Assembly: GCA_051252135.1 (NCBI GenBank)
Contig: JBPOGH010000011.1
Coordinates: forward strand, 64,001-128,000
DNA: 64,000 nt
Origin: Verrucomicrobiaceae bacterium
Lineage (GTDB): Bacteria; Verrucomicrobiota; Verrucomicrobiia; Verrucomicrobiales; Akkermansiaceae
Direction: 5' to 3'
The notes under the pieces were generated by a model, which saw only the letters and a list, made by a program, of their open reading frames with translations, searched no databases and was not told the DNA's origin. A program made the position numbers and the translations under genes. Shown here one piece after another: positions 50,385-60,334 of this stretch; the first letter of the stretch is position 1; the number at the start of each line of letters is the position of its first letter.

Positions 50385-52940
50385 TCAACTTCCACCCCGT
50401 AAAACTTCCAACGGAGGATGATGACAAACACCTCGACTCAAGGCCAGACCACCCACCACCGCAATCAGCGTCACCGCCCCAAAGGCCCCCAAAAGAAGCG
50501 CCGCATCAGGCCAAGGCGAGGCTTCGAAAACAAACACCGCCAGCGCCGCATTCGCCGCCACCGCCAGCAACACTCCGGTCAGTGCCGAGAGAATCCCCAG
50601 CGCCGCATACTCAATCACCAGGATCACCCGCACCTGCTTCGCCGATGCCCCCAGCGTCCGCAGCAAAACACTCTCCTTCAACCGCACATCGCGACCATTC
50701 AGCAAGGTCCCGATCAGAATCGGCAATCCCGCCAGCACCGTGAACCCCGCCAGGATCGTAATCACCGTCGAAATCTTCCCCAGAATCTCCCGCACCGTTT
50801 CCAAAATCTGCGTCAGATCAATCGCCGTCACATTCGCAAACTGACCGGCCAATTCACGCTGCAACTCACCCGAGGCCTCCGGCGTCGGCGTCCGCGTCGT
50901 CACCACATGGAATCCCGGAGCCTCCTCCAGCACTCCCGGCGGAAACACCATAAAGAAGTTCAGGTTGAACCGACTCCAATCCACCCGCCGAATGCTCGTC
51001 ACCCGACACCGAATCGCAATCCCTTGCACATCCATCGTGATCTCATCGCCAATCCCCACCTTCATATCCTTCGCAATCTTCTCCTCCAGCGAGAGCGGCA
51101 CCACCTCATTCGGATCAGCCCGCTCGGTCGCAAACTCACCCGCGACCAGCTCTTCGGTAAAATTCATCGTGTCGCGGTAAGTCGACCGAAACTCCCGCCG
51201 ACCCACCCAGCGTGGCACGTTCTTCACCTCACTCACCGGCACTCCCCGAATCGACTGCACCCTCATCGTCACCATCGGCGTGCTCTCCAAAACAGGGAGC
51301 CCATCATCCTTCAAGACCCCCTCAACTCCCGTCACCTGATCCGGCTGCACATCGATCAAATACAAATTCGGGCTGTCCTCCGAACGCTGAACACTCAGCC
51401 GATCATTCAAGAGCTTCCCGGCCGAAAGAATCGTCACTAACAAAAACGTCCCCAGCCCCAGCGACAGCAAAAACAGCAAGGTCTGATTCCCCGGCCGATG
51501 AAGATTCGAAACACCCTGCCGGATCAAATACGGCCACCTCCGGCTCACCACCCGACGACTCACCGCCATCAACCCGCGCGCCACCCCAACCAGTGCCAGG
51601 AAAGCCAAGGCCATCCCACCAACCATCGCCAATGCCCGCTTCAAGTTCGGATCGTTCGCATAAGCCACCATCACCAGCAACCCCGCCAGCAAACCATAAA
51701 TCGGCAAGGCCCGCAGCACGCCTCCCTTCAAACTCCCCCCACTCCGCAAGGTCACCGCCGGGGAAATCTCCCGAATTCTCATCAGAGGAAGCAGCGCAAA
51801 TCCACAACACACCGCAAATCCCATCGCCGTCGTCTGCGCCGCAATCTTCCACTCCGGCGAGGGACTCACCGAAATTGGCAACTCATCTCCCAACGCCACC
51901 AGCAAGCCCATCTGCATTCCAATCCCAAGCCCCGCACCCAGCAGCGCTCCCAACAAACCCAGCGCCATCGCTTGCGCAAAATAAATCCCAAACGCCAAAT
52001 GCCCCGGACATCCTAGGCAGCGTAAAATCGCAATCGTCTGAATCCGCCGCGTCACATGCGCATGCACCGCCCCCGCCACCCCGATCGCTCCCAGCGCCAG
52101 CGAGGCCAGCGCAATCAATCCGAGAAACTTCTGAAAGTTGTCGAGCGCCTTGCCCAGATTCTCCTGCCGGTCTTCCGGCGTCTCCAGCCGCCACTGCGTC
52201 CCCTTAAAATCCTCCCGCACCCTCTTCTTCAGCCCACGTCCACCCACCGCATCCGGAATCTCCAGATGCAGCGAATAACCCGCCATGCTGTTCTGCGTCA
52301 GTAGTCCGCTCCGCTCAATATCTCCCAGACTCACATAAGCCTCCGGCGCAAACCCACTAAAACGATTCCCCCTCGGCGCTGGCTGATCCACCACCCCCAG
52401 AATCGTCAACCGAATCCCACCCAGCTCCACCTCATCTCCCACCTTCACTCCAAATTGATCCAGAATCGCCGGCTCTAACAACACCCCGCCATCCTCACGC
52501 AACTTCACCCAGGCATTCGCTGGCCGCGTCTCCACCGTCCCGTAAAAAGGATACTCCCCCGCAATCCCCCGCACCTGCATCAGCCGCGCTCCCCCATCCG
52601 GTAAAAAGCGCATCATCGATGGAAAACTCACTTCCCGGCTCACCCGACTCGCCATTCCCGCCAACCGCTCCACATCCTCCTCTTTGATCTCCCGCCGCGA
52701 TGACACCCGCAGATCGGATCCCAGCAGTGCCTTCGCTTCCGAAGCAATCCCCCGCTCCACACTCGTCTTCAGCGAATGAATCGCCGTCAGCGCCGCAATC
52801 CCCGAAACAATCGCCAGCGAAAAGATCACCAGCCGCAAGCGCTGCGACCGACTATCCCGCCAAGCCATCCGCCACACCCACGGGTGAAACATCGACCTCC
52901 ACAGACTGCGCGGCAGCGCCTTGTTCTTAGACGTTTCCAT
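50385..52940 (-). CDS. YbbP-like ABC transporter permease (duplicated FtsX/MacB-type domains)
   Basis: MAWRDSR, LLGSDL, YPFYG, IAILRCLG, LYLIDVQPDQ, RRVDW...NFFMVF, LRTLGAS. Confidence 0.9.
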   Translation of the reverse strand: METSKNKALPRSLWRSMFHPWVWRMAWRDSRSQRLRLVIFSLAIVSGIAALTAIHSLKTSVERGIASEAKALLGSDLRVSSRREIKEEDVERLAGMASRVSREVSFPSMMRFLPDGGARLMQVRGIAGEYPFYGTVETRPANAWVKLREDGGVLLEPAILDQFGVKVGDEVELGGIRLTILGVVDQPAPRGNRFSGFAPEAYVSLGDIERSGLLTQNSMAGYSLHLEIPDAVGGRGLKKRVREDFKGTQWRLETPEDRQENLGKALDNFQKFLGLIALASLALGAIGVAGAVHAHVTRRIQTIAILRCLGCPGHLAFGIYFAQAMALGLLGALLGAGLGIGMQMGLLVALGDELPISVSPSPEWKIAAQTTAMGFAVCCGFALLPLMRIREISPAVTLRSGGSLKGGVLRALPIYGLLAGLLVMVAYANDPNLKRALAMVGGMALAFLALVGVARGLMAVSRRVVSRRWPYLIRQGVSNLHRPGNQTLLFLLSLGLGTFLLVTILSAGKLLNDRLSVQRSEDSPNLYLIDVQPDQVTGVEGVLKDDGLPVLESTPMVTMRVQSIRGVPVSEVKNVPRWVGRREFRSTYRDTMNFTEELVAGEFATERADPNEVVPLSLEEKIAKDMKVGIGDEITMDVQGIAIRCRVTSIRRVDWSRFNLNFFMVFPPGVLEEAPGFHVVTTRTPTPEASGELQRELAGQFANVTAIDLTQILETVREILGKISTVITILAGFTVLAGLPILIGTLLNGRDVRLKESVLLRTLGASAKQVRVILVIEYAALGILSALTGVLLAVAANAALAVFVFEASPWPDAALLLGAFGAVTLIAVVGGLALSRGVCHHPPLEVLRGGS

Positions 52941-53670
52941 TCTCCTCCTCTGACACAATCGTTCCGCCGCTCATCGTCACCACCCGACGCGCCTTCGCCG
53001 CCAGCGCCGGGTCATGCGTCACCAACACCAGCGCTGTCCCCGCCTCGCGGTTCAGCCGAAATAACATCTCCACAATCGGACCACTCGTCCCCGCATCCAA
53101 ATTCCCCGTCGGCTCATCGGCAAAAAGTATCTTCGGCCGATGAATGAACGCCCGCGCCAAGGCCACCCGCTGCTGTTCCCCGCCCGAGAGCTGAAGCGGA
53201 TAATGATCCAGCCGATCCCCCAACCCCACTTCGGTCAGCAATCTCTCCGCCTCTTTCTCGATCTCCTTTCCCGACTCCCCCCGCAGCTCCAGCGGCACCA
53301 GCACATTCTCAATCGCCGTCAGGGTCGGAATCAGTTGAAAACTCTGAAACACAAAACCCACCAGCCGATTCCGCAGCGCCGCCCGCGCATCCTGATCCAG
53401 CGATTCCATCGCCAGCCCGTCCAGCTCGACCGATCCCGCGCTCGCATCATCCAGCCCCGCACACAGCCCCAGCAAGGTCGTCTTCCCGCTCCCCGAGGGC
53501 CCTACAATCGCCATGGTGTCTCCCGCTTCCAAACTCAGACTCACCTCCTTCAGCACCGTCAAATCACCATTCGCCGTCACATGCGTCTTCCGTAACCCCG
53601 ACACCTTCAGGATGGGTCGTTTGACATCACTCGGAGCGGCTTCTAAACTGGACGAAGATGGGGCTGACAT
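52927..53670 (-). CDS. YbbA-like ABC transporter ATP-binding protein
   Basis: GPSGSGKTT, LSGGEQQRVALARA, FADEPTGNLD, VTHD. Confidence 0.95.
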   Translation of the reverse strand: MSAPSSSSLEAAPSDVKRPILKVSGLRKTHVTANGDLTVLKEVSLSLEAGDTMAIVGPSGSGKTTLLGLCAGLDDASAGSVELDGLAMESLDQDARAALRNRLVGFVFQSFQLIPTLTAIENVLVPLELRGESGKEIEKEAERLLTEVGLGDRLDHYPLQLSGGEQQRVALARAFIHRPKILFADEPTGNLDAGTSGPIVEMLFRLNREAGTALVLVTHDPALAAKARRVVTMSGGTIVSEEENGNV

Positions 53671-54308
53671 ATCTCAAAAATTTAATCATCGGGCTCCTGC
53701 TCGCCACGACCGGCACACTATTCGCCGAGGAAACCCCGAATGCAAACGATACAGCCAAGCGCATCGTCATCTTGGGCGATAGCATCACCGCCGGCTACGG
53801 ACTCGACCCCAAGCAAGCCTACCCCGCCCTTCTGCAGCAAAAGATCACCGCCGCCAACCTTCCCTATCTCGTCGCCAATGCCGGAGTCAGCGGCGACACC
53901 ACCGCCGGAGGCCTGCGCCGCGTCGCCTGGGCCATGGCCAAAGGAGCCGACGTCCTCGTCATCGCCCTCGGCGGAAACGATGGCCTCCGCGGCATCTCAC
54001 CCGACGAAACCAAAAAGAACCTCCTCGGCATCATCACCAAAGCCCGCACCAAAAACCCCAAAATCACCATCCTCCTCGCCGGCATGCAGATGCCCGATAA
54101 CATGGGCCCCCAATTCACCGCCCAATTCAAATCCCTCTTTCCCGAGGTCGCCACGGAAACCAAATCCACTCTCATCCCCTTCCTCCTCGAAAACGTCGGC
54201 GGCATCGAACACCTCAATCAATCCGACCGCATCCATCCCAATCCCGAGGGTCAGGCAAAAGTCGCCGAAAACGTCTGGAAGCTCCTGCAGCCCGCGATCA
54301 CTCCCTGA
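53658..54308 (+). CDS. TesA-like SGNH/GDSL arylesterase
   Basis: LGDSITAGYG, NAGVSGDTT, LGGNDGLRG, QSDRIHPN; divergent overlap with the ybbA-like gene. Confidence 0.93.
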   Translation: MGLTYLKNLIIGLLLATTGTLFAEETPNANDTAKRIVILGDSITAGYGLDPKQAYPALLQQKITAANLPYLVANAGVSGDTTAGGLRRVAWAMAKGADVLVIALGGNDGLRGISPDETKKNLLGIITKARTKNPKITILLAGMQMPDNMGPQFTAQFKSLFPEVATETKSTLIPFLLENVGGIEHLNQSDRIHPNPEGQAKVAENVWKLLQPAITP

Positions 54309-54379
54309 TCGACACGAAATGCACCTTTTCTCCCCCAAATCTGGAAAGCTTTCCTGATTTCCTCCGTTATCATCCCCTG

Positions 54380-55531
54380 ATGATCCGAACGGTCTTGAAA
54401 CTGGCAACGCTCTCCCTGGTTGCCTCCTTGCTCAGCCCCTCCGTCATGGCAGACACGGCCAAGACCTTCGTCCACCCCGGGATGCTCCACAGCAAGGCCG
54501 AGCTCGCCTTCATCAAGGACCAACTCGCCACCGACGCAGAGCCCTGGAAGTCCGCCTGGGATCAATTGCGCTCCGCAAACGCCGCCTCCCTCACCTACAC
54601 CCCCACCCCGACCGCCAATGTCGTGCGTGGCGTCCGCAACCGACCTGACATCGGCAGCTCGGACATGTCGAACGATGCCGCAGCCGCATACGCCCACGCC
54701 CTCCAATGGAGCCTCACCGGCAATCAGGCCCACGCCACCAAGACCATCGAAATCCTCAACGCCTGGTCCGGCACCTTGAAATCAGTCGGCGGCCACGATG
54801 CCATGCTCCTCATCGGAATGGATGGCATCTCCTTCTGCAATGCCGCCGAGCTCATCCGCCACACCAGCGATCAATGGCCACAAGCCGACCAGAAACAATT
54901 CGAGCGCATGCTCCGCGAGGTCTTCTATCCCACCATCAAAGACTTCCATCCCACCGCCAACGGAAATTGGGACGCCTCCATGATCCAGACCATGATCGCC
55001 ATGGGCATCTTCCTCGACGACCCCGCCATGTTCGAGCAAGCCACCACCTACTTCCGCTCGGGAAAAGGAAACGGCGCCATCACCAAATATCTCAATCACT
55101 TCGGAGAATGTCAGGAAAGCGGCCGCGACCAACTCCACACTCAAATGGGCCTCGGCTTCCTCAGCTGCGCCTGCGAAATGGCCTGGAAACAAGGAGTCGA
55201 CCTCTACGCCGCCGCCGACAACCGCCTCGCCCTCGGATTCGAATACACCGCCAAGTACAACCTCGGCCACGACGTCCCCTACGAGCCCTTCGAAAGCGTC
55301 GAAGGCCGCTACCACTACAAGAAAATCTCTCCCAGGTCCCGGGGCCGCTTCCGCCCCATCTTCGAGCGCACCCTCCACCACTATCAGGACCGCATGGGCC
55401 TCAAAATGCCCTACAGCCAAAAGGTCGCCGAAACCAAACGCCCCGAATCCCCCCACGGCCAACACATCTCCTGGGGCACCCTCATGTTCTACGGCCTCCC
55501 CCGTGACTTACACCCACCCAAGTCCAAGTAA
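54380..55531 (+). CDS. Alginate-lyase-family (alpha/alpha toroid) exported protein
   Basis: Signal peptide, FVHPGMLHS, ILNAW, ANGNWD, GECQESGRDQLH, FEYTAKYN. Confidence 0.85.
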   Translation: MIRTVLKLATLSLVASLLSPSVMADTAKTFVHPGMLHSKAELAFIKDQLATDAEPWKSAWDQLRSANAASLTYTPTPTANVVRGVRNRPDIGSSDMSNDAAAAYAHALQWSLTGNQAHATKTIEILNAWSGTLKSVGGHDAMLLIGMDGISFCNAAELIRHTSDQWPQADQKQFERMLREVFYPTIKDFHPTANGNWDASMIQTMIAMGIFLDDPAMFEQATTYFRSGKGNGAITKYLNHFGECQESGRDQLHTQMGLGFLSCACEMAWKQGVDLYAAADNRLALGFEYTAKYNLGHDVPYEPFESVEGRYHYKKISPRSRGRFRPIFERTLHHYQDRMGLKMPYSQKVAETKRPESPHGQHISWGTLMFYGLPRDLHPPKSK

Positions 55532-55567
55532 CACCTCTCTCGTTTCCATCGCAACATCCCAATCTCC

Positions 55568-57793
55568 ATGAGATTCAAGACCACTTTCGTCACCCTGCTG
55601 ACCACCCTCCTTTCCGGCCTCCCGGCCCTCGCTCAATCTCCCGCCATCCTCGGAAAAGGCACCAACCTCTTCGAAGTCGGACCCCTCCTCGATAGCGATA
55701 ACTTCGACTCCCTCGAAAACTGGGTCGTCCAAATCCAACAGAACAAAAAAAGCCCCCCTCCCAAAGTCGTCGCAAAAGACAACACCCTCGATTGCTTCCT
55801 CCCCGGTCGCGGCGCCACCATCTGGTTCAAGCGGAAGCTCAACACCCGCGTCACCATCACCTACGATGTCCTCTGCCCCACCTCGCCGCAGGACGACAAA
55901 AACCTCCTCCCGCGCGACATCAACAATTTCTGGATGGCAAACGACCCCGATGGCGATCTCTTCGACTCCGAAAAATACACCGGCGACTTCTTCACCTACG
56001 ATCAAATGCACGGCTACTACGCCAGCACCGGAGGCGGAAAAAACACCACCACCCGCATGCGCCGCTACCCGCGTCAGGTCGATGGCAAGCCCGTCGCCCA
56101 CCCCGCCCTCATCTCCCGCGATGGCCAAAAGGAATTCCTCATCACTCCCGACAAACTCATACGGGTCCAACTCGTCGCTTACGATGACCTGATCCAATAC
56201 ATCGTCGATGGTAAGCTCGTCTACGAAATGGCCCACGGCGACCCCATCTCGGTCGAAAGCAACGACGGCAAAAAGACCTCCATCGCATCAACCTACACCC
56301 CCGACCTCCACCCCACCTACCGCGAGGGCTACTTCGGCTTCCGCATGGTCGGCACCCACCACATCTACTCGAACTTCAAAATCCACACCCTCACCCCCGT
56401 CCGCCCCACCGTCACCGTCTCCTCCATTAAGGACCTCCGTGACGCCGTCGCCCGCAGTAACCAACGCATCATCATGACCCCGGGCACCTACACCCTTCCC
56501 GAAATGATCGACGGACGAACCGGCGTCGAATTCTCAGGCTCAAATAACGACATCGATCTCACCGACGTCACCATCCACACCCCCATCAGTCTCTTGAGCG
56601 GCGAAGATCCGGAGCGCGACGACCGACGCCGCAGACGACGCAGCCGCCGGGGCATGAACGTCTACTACGTCTCGGGCGACCACGTCACCATCACCGGCGG
56701 CACCTTCGATAACCCCCACCCCCTGCACAACGGCACCCCCATCGATTTCGGCAGCTACAACCAGAACCCCGCCAACTACCCCCGCCGCGCCATGAGCGAG
56801 ATCCGCCTCGAGGGCGACCACCTCCGCCTCAGCAATTGCCACCTCACCGTGCGCGGCTCCTCCCCCTACGGCTACGGAAACATCTACGGCATCGGGGGCG
56901 ACGCCGTCATCTCCCTCCACAAACATTCCGGCATTCTCATGACCGGCGACCACATCACTCTCGATGCCTGCACCGTCAAAATGGAAGCCTTCGGCCACGC
57001 CATCTTCGTCCAGGGCGGCGATCAAATCACCGTCCGAAACTGCGAGGTCATCGGCCAAGTCCGCCCCAGCAACGACCTCTACAAAGAATCCCACCCCAAG
57101 GACCTCGCCAAAAAATTCGACTACAAAATGCAGTGGCCCGAAACCGTCCACGGCATCCCCATCCCCCGGGACCACATGGTCAATCTCTGCGAGGATGGCA
57201 TCCGCGCCTACAGCGGAACCGGCCACATGACCGTCGAGAATTGCAAGGTCACCAAAGCACGCGGAGGCATCAAACTCTACATGGCAAAGAGCGCCACCGT
57301 CTCGGACTGCGAAGTCCGGGACTGCGTCATCCAGGGCTACTCCCTCCCCAGCCGCGGAACCATCACCCGCTCCATCGGAAACGCCGCCTACGGCCCCCTC
57401 CTCTACATCCACGCGGATTCCCACCACTCCCAAAAGGTCGACCTCGAAGTCCTCCCCGCCCCCCACGCCCTCGGCGACCACCCCCTCGCCGCGCTCAAGG
57501 GAAAAAACAACCACATCACCTTCACCGCCAAAGCCCCCCTCGCTCCCCGCCCCATCATCATCGGCTACCCCCTCCGCTTCGACTACCTCACCGCCGACTA
57601 CCCCAAGGTCCCAAAAGACTTCGAAGCACACTTCGCTAAATTCGCCCCCGATTCCTACCACGCCGAGGACATCACCCTCCTCAACCACACCACCGCCCCC
57701 GTCGTCCTCAGCAAACTCTCCCAAGACAATACCATCTCCAGTCAGGGAGAAGTCCGCGACCTCGGCACCGACAACACCGTGCGCAAAGAGTAG
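55568..57793 (+). CDS. Exported fusion of a DUF6250/YesU-like jelly-roll domain and a right-handed beta-helix domain
   Basis: ATIWFK, DINNFW, GGGKNTTTRMRRY, GYFGFR; then VRGSSPYGYG, KHSGIL, FGHAIFVQG, EDGIRAY. Confidence 0.75.
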   Translation: MRFKTTFVTLLTTLLSGLPALAQSPAILGKGTNLFEVGPLLDSDNFDSLENWVVQIQQNKKSPPPKVVAKDNTLDCFLPGRGATIWFKRKLNTRVTITYDVLCPTSPQDDKNLLPRDINNFWMANDPDGDLFDSEKYTGDFFTYDQMHGYYASTGGGKNTTTRMRRYPRQVDGKPVAHPALISRDGQKEFLITPDKLIRVQLVAYDDLIQYIVDGKLVYEMAHGDPISVESNDGKKTSIASTYTPDLHPTYREGYFGFRMVGTHHIYSNFKIHTLTPVRPTVTVSSIKDLRDAVARSNQRIIMTPGTYTLPEMIDGRTGVEFSGSNNDIDLTDVTIHTPISLLSGEDPERDDRRRRRRSRRGMNVYYVSGDHVTITGGTFDNPHPLHNGTPIDFGSYNQNPANYPRRAMSEIRLEGDHLRLSNCHLTVRGSSPYGYGNIYGIGGDAVISLHKHSGILMTGDHITLDACTVKMEAFGHAIFVQGGDQITVRNCEVIGQVRPSNDLYKESHPKDLAKKFDYKMQWPETVHGIPIPRDHMVNLCEDGIRAYSGTGHMTVENCKVTKARGGIKLYMAKSATVSDCEVRDCVIQGYSLPSRGTITRSIGNAAYGPLLYIHADSHHSQKVDLEVLPAPHALGDHPLAALKGKNNHITFTAKAPLAPRPIIIGYPLRFDYLTADYPKVPKDFEAHFAKFAPDSYHAEDITLLNHTTAPVVLSKLSQDNTISSQGEVRDLGTDNTVRKE

Positions 57794-57795
57794 GA

Positions 57796-58095
57796 TCAAT
57801 CCCCCTTCTCGATCCCCAGCTCCTTCAGAAGCATCCCGTCGAGATCATCCTCGCTCGGCTTAATGCACTCCGCTTTTCCCAACTTCACGATCTGTAACTT
57901 CTTCTCCGTCTCCCCGATCGCGAGAAAAATATCTCCCCTCACCGGAAGCCCCCCGTAACGCGTCGCAAACACCTTCCCAAAAAACCGTCCGTCCCCCCCT
58001 TCACTCGTCATCATCTCCCCCGACTCCGAAGTAAACCCGACAAACTTCCCCCCAATCGCCCCATCAACATAATCCCGAATTTCCTGAGTAGTCAT
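57796..58095 (-). CDS. Hypothetical protein
   Basis: 99-aa ORF with G-ending codons typical of minus-strand genes here. Confidence 0.65.
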   Translation of the reverse strand: MTTQEIRDYVDGAIGGKFVGFTSESGEMMTSEGGDGRFFGKVFATRYGGLPVRGDIFLAIGETEKKLQIVKLGKAECIKPSEDDLDGMLLKELGIEKGD

Positions 58096-58160
58096 AACCG
58101 ATTCTTTCCCCACCCTGACCGCCTCCTAAGTTCAACGCAACCCCGATTGAGCTCGGAATA

Positions 58161-58631
58161 TCACTCTCCCTCCCCATCCTCCTTCTTCCCCAACCCCTGA
58201 ATAAATTTGCGCAACACCTGCTCGGGACACTTCGCAAAATTCCGCTGCCCCTTCTTCCGGAAAAACGATCCCAGCTCCGCCTTCGTCACCACAAATTCTT
58301 CGCGCTGAAACACCTCGATCATGTCCTCATCCCGCAGCGTCAACGCGATCCGCAACTTCTTCAGGATTTCGTTATTCGAGAGATGCTCCACCGGCTCCGG
58401 CACCACCCCATCCGGACGCGGCCCCCGCTTCTCAATAATGAGCCCGTCCAAAAACCGACACAACATCGCTTCCGGGAGCGCCTCATACTCCGCATGGTCC
58501 TCACGCCTCATCCACGCCCCCACTTGATCCAAACTCAGATCAGCCACACAGTGCCGAAAAATCTTCGCCATCTGCACATCATTGATGTCCAGGGCATACC
58601 GAAGCCGACGCAGAATATCGTTATTCGTCAT
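58161..58631 (-). CDS. DUF1456 (YehS-like) family protein
   Basis: MTNNDILRRLRYAL...FLDGLIIEKRG...LSNNEILKKLRIAL (internal duplication). Confidence 0.9.
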   Translation of the reverse strand: MTNNDILRRLRYALDINDVQMAKIFRHCVADLSLDQVGAWMRREDHAEYEALPEAMLCRFLDGLIIEKRGPRPDGVVPEPVEHLSNNEILKKLRIALTLRDEDMIEVFQREEFVVTKAELGSFFRKKGQRNFAKCPEQVLRKFIQGLGKKEDGEGE

Positions 58632-58674
58632 AAGTCTCTTACAAATCACTCCAACGCAGGAGATCCACAGGAAA

Positions 58675-58935
58675 TCACTTATCTCCCGACTGCCGCATCG
58701 CCCCGGATCCACCATGCCGTGACGCACTCGAAACCCCACCGGATCGACTCCCGCCCTGACGCTTCGCCCCTTCCTCACAGACCTCGACATCCCCCGCCTC
58801 CACCAGCTTCACCACCGCCGCACTCTCCGCCGCCTTCCGCGTAATTTGCCCGGATTTCCCCAGGCTCAGGAAGAGCTTCTTCCCCCCGGGAAGAGGAACA
58901 CTCAGCGGCTTTTTTGTTTTGTTCGTGATTTCCAT
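58675..58935 (-). CDS. Small hypothetical protein
   Basis: MEITNKTKKPLSVPLPGGKKLFL...VVKLVEAGDVEV followed by a G/S-rich tail. Confidence 0.65.
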   Translation of the reverse strand: MEITNKTKKPLSVPLPGGKKLFLSLGKSGQITRKAAESAAVVKLVEAGDVEVCEEGAKRQGGSRSGGVSSASRHGGSGAMRQSGDK

Positions 58936-59094
58936 AATGTCGAAGGACGCGCCAGAGTAACAGGGAACGCCCCCTAACCCATCAATTTGTAAATGCAGGC
59001 GCAATCAATGGAGTAGCCCTGCGAAAAACCCGTATCCGGAATCGTTGACATCATTGAACTCCAAAACCCTAAAACCGAAGCCGTCGCGAATCAT

Positions 59095-59133
59095 AAAAAA
59101 AGGGCGAAGCTCCCACAGAGCCCCACCCTTTTT
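59095..59133 (-). terminator. Intrinsic terminator after the rhodanese gene
   Basis: Minus strand AGGGTGGGGCTC-TGTGG-GAGCTTCGCCC-TTTTTTT. Confidence 0.88.
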
Positions 59134-59166
59134 GTTCTTTCTGGTGATTTGAAAATATTGGGGATT

Positions 59167-59583
59167 CTAGCTCTTCTTGGCCTTTTTCACCTTTTCGGTC
59201 TTCTCTCCGGCCTGAAGCCATCCGGAGATCCCGGCGGAAAGATGTTTGATGTTTTTGAATCCAAGAGCTTTGGCTTGGGCCGCGCCCTTCTTGTAGGCAC
59301 CACATGATGGGCCGCCGCAATAGGCTACTACCAGCGTATCCTTGTCTTTCCCTTCGAGAATGGTTTCAAGCTTCTTACCCTGCGCAGCGAAATCGATCGC
59401 AGTCGGCACATGTCCATTGGTGTAGGACTTGGTGCCGTTGACATCGAGAACGATGACGTTCTTTTCCTGGATCGCTTTCTTCAGATCCTTGATGCTGATA
59501 TCCGGGTAGCTTTCAGCGTGGACGCTGGAAATAGCGGCGAACATACAGGCCGCAATGGCGATCATTTTCTTCAGTGTTTTCAT
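59167..59583 (-). CDS. Exported single-domain rhodanese-like sulfurtransferase
   Basis: Signal peptide, VLDVN..SY..GHVPTA, VVAYCGGPSCGA, LGFKNIKHLSAGISGW. Confidence 0.92.
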   Translation of the reverse strand: MKTLKKMIAIAACMFAAISSVHAESYPDISIKDLKKAIQEKNVIVLDVNGTKSYTNGHVPTAIDFAAQGKKLETILEGKDKDTLVVAYCGGPSCGAYKKGAAQAKALGFKNIKHLSAGISGWLQAGEKTEKVKKAKKS

Positions 59584-59674
59584 TATTTTAAACGGTTAAT
59601 TCTTCTTATCTGATTTTCAGGAAACATCCCGACCTGCCTTTGGTTGACAGAGTCATGCGCCTCCAGAGGAATGA

Positions 59675-59699
59675 AACGAACCAATCGCGACTTTGATCC
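59675..59699 (-). promoter_or_regulatory. ECF-type promoter GGATC-N16-CGTT facing the rhodanese gene
   Basis: Minus strand GGATCAAAGTCGCGATTGGTTCGTTT. Confidence 0.75.
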
Positions 59700-59767
59700 T
59701 GCAATCGTGCTATTTTTATTTTTTCACTCCGACTTCTTACTTTTTTCCACAAATCTGAAAAATCGGC

Positions 59768-59792
59768 GGATCAAAATTGCTCCTGAAGCGTT
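59768..59792 (+). promoter_or_regulatory. ECF-type promoter GGATC-N16-CGTT facing the sigma gene (autoregulation)
   Basis: Plus strand GGATCAAAATTGCTCCTGAAGCGTTA. Confidence 0.75.
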
Positions 59793-59827
59793 AGTAAAAT
59801 AGTGCATACGCAAACTAGTCCCGAGAA

Positions 59828-60334
59828 ATGACTCCCGAATCCCCTTCTTCGGTCGAAGAAGAATACGTCCATCACGGATTCAGATTTGCTCTGTCTCTCG
59901 CCAACGACCGGCACGAAGCCGAGGACTTGGTCCAGCAAGCCTGCCTCCAGGTCATTGCTAAAAAGGGCCGCATCTCCTCTCGCAGCTATTTACTCACGGC
60001 AATTCGTAATTTGTTCTATGACAAAGTCCGCCGCAAAAAGTTGATCAATTTCGAATCACTCACCGGCATGGAAAGTTCGATCCCCGCCATCTCTCGTACT
60101 CAACTCGGCGTAAAGCTCGATCTCGAGGCCAGCCTGAACCGCCTGAGCGCCGAAGAACGTGAGGTGATTTTTCTCAATTGTGTCGAAGGATACTCCGCTG
60201 CCGAAATGGCCCCAATGTTGGACAAACCGCGCAGCACCATCTTGAACATTCTCTCCCGGGCCAAAGCCAATCTCCTTGCCAGGGAGGGGATGGAAGCACC
60301 GAACGATTTGCGGAAAGGAGCGGCCCATGAATAA
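59828..60334 (+). CDS. ECF RNA polymerase sigma factor
   Basis: FALSL..DRHEAEDLVQQ, YLLTAIRNLFYD, LSAEEREVIFL...GYS..E.A..L..PRSTI...LSRA. Confidence 0.93.
   Translation: MTPESPSSVEEEYVHHGFRFALSLANDRHEAEDLVQQACLQVIAKKGRISSRSYLLTAIRNLFYDKVRRKKLINFESLTGMESSIPAISRTQLGVKLDLEASLNRLSAEEREVIFLNCVEGYSAAEMAPMLDKPRSTILNILSRAKANLLAREGMEAPNDLRKGAAHE

Noticed and set aside
53658..53670. Head-to-head overlap of the ABC ATPase and esterase starts
   Set aside because: This is the known tesA/ybbA-ybbP arrangement, not novel; exact start codons are uncertain.
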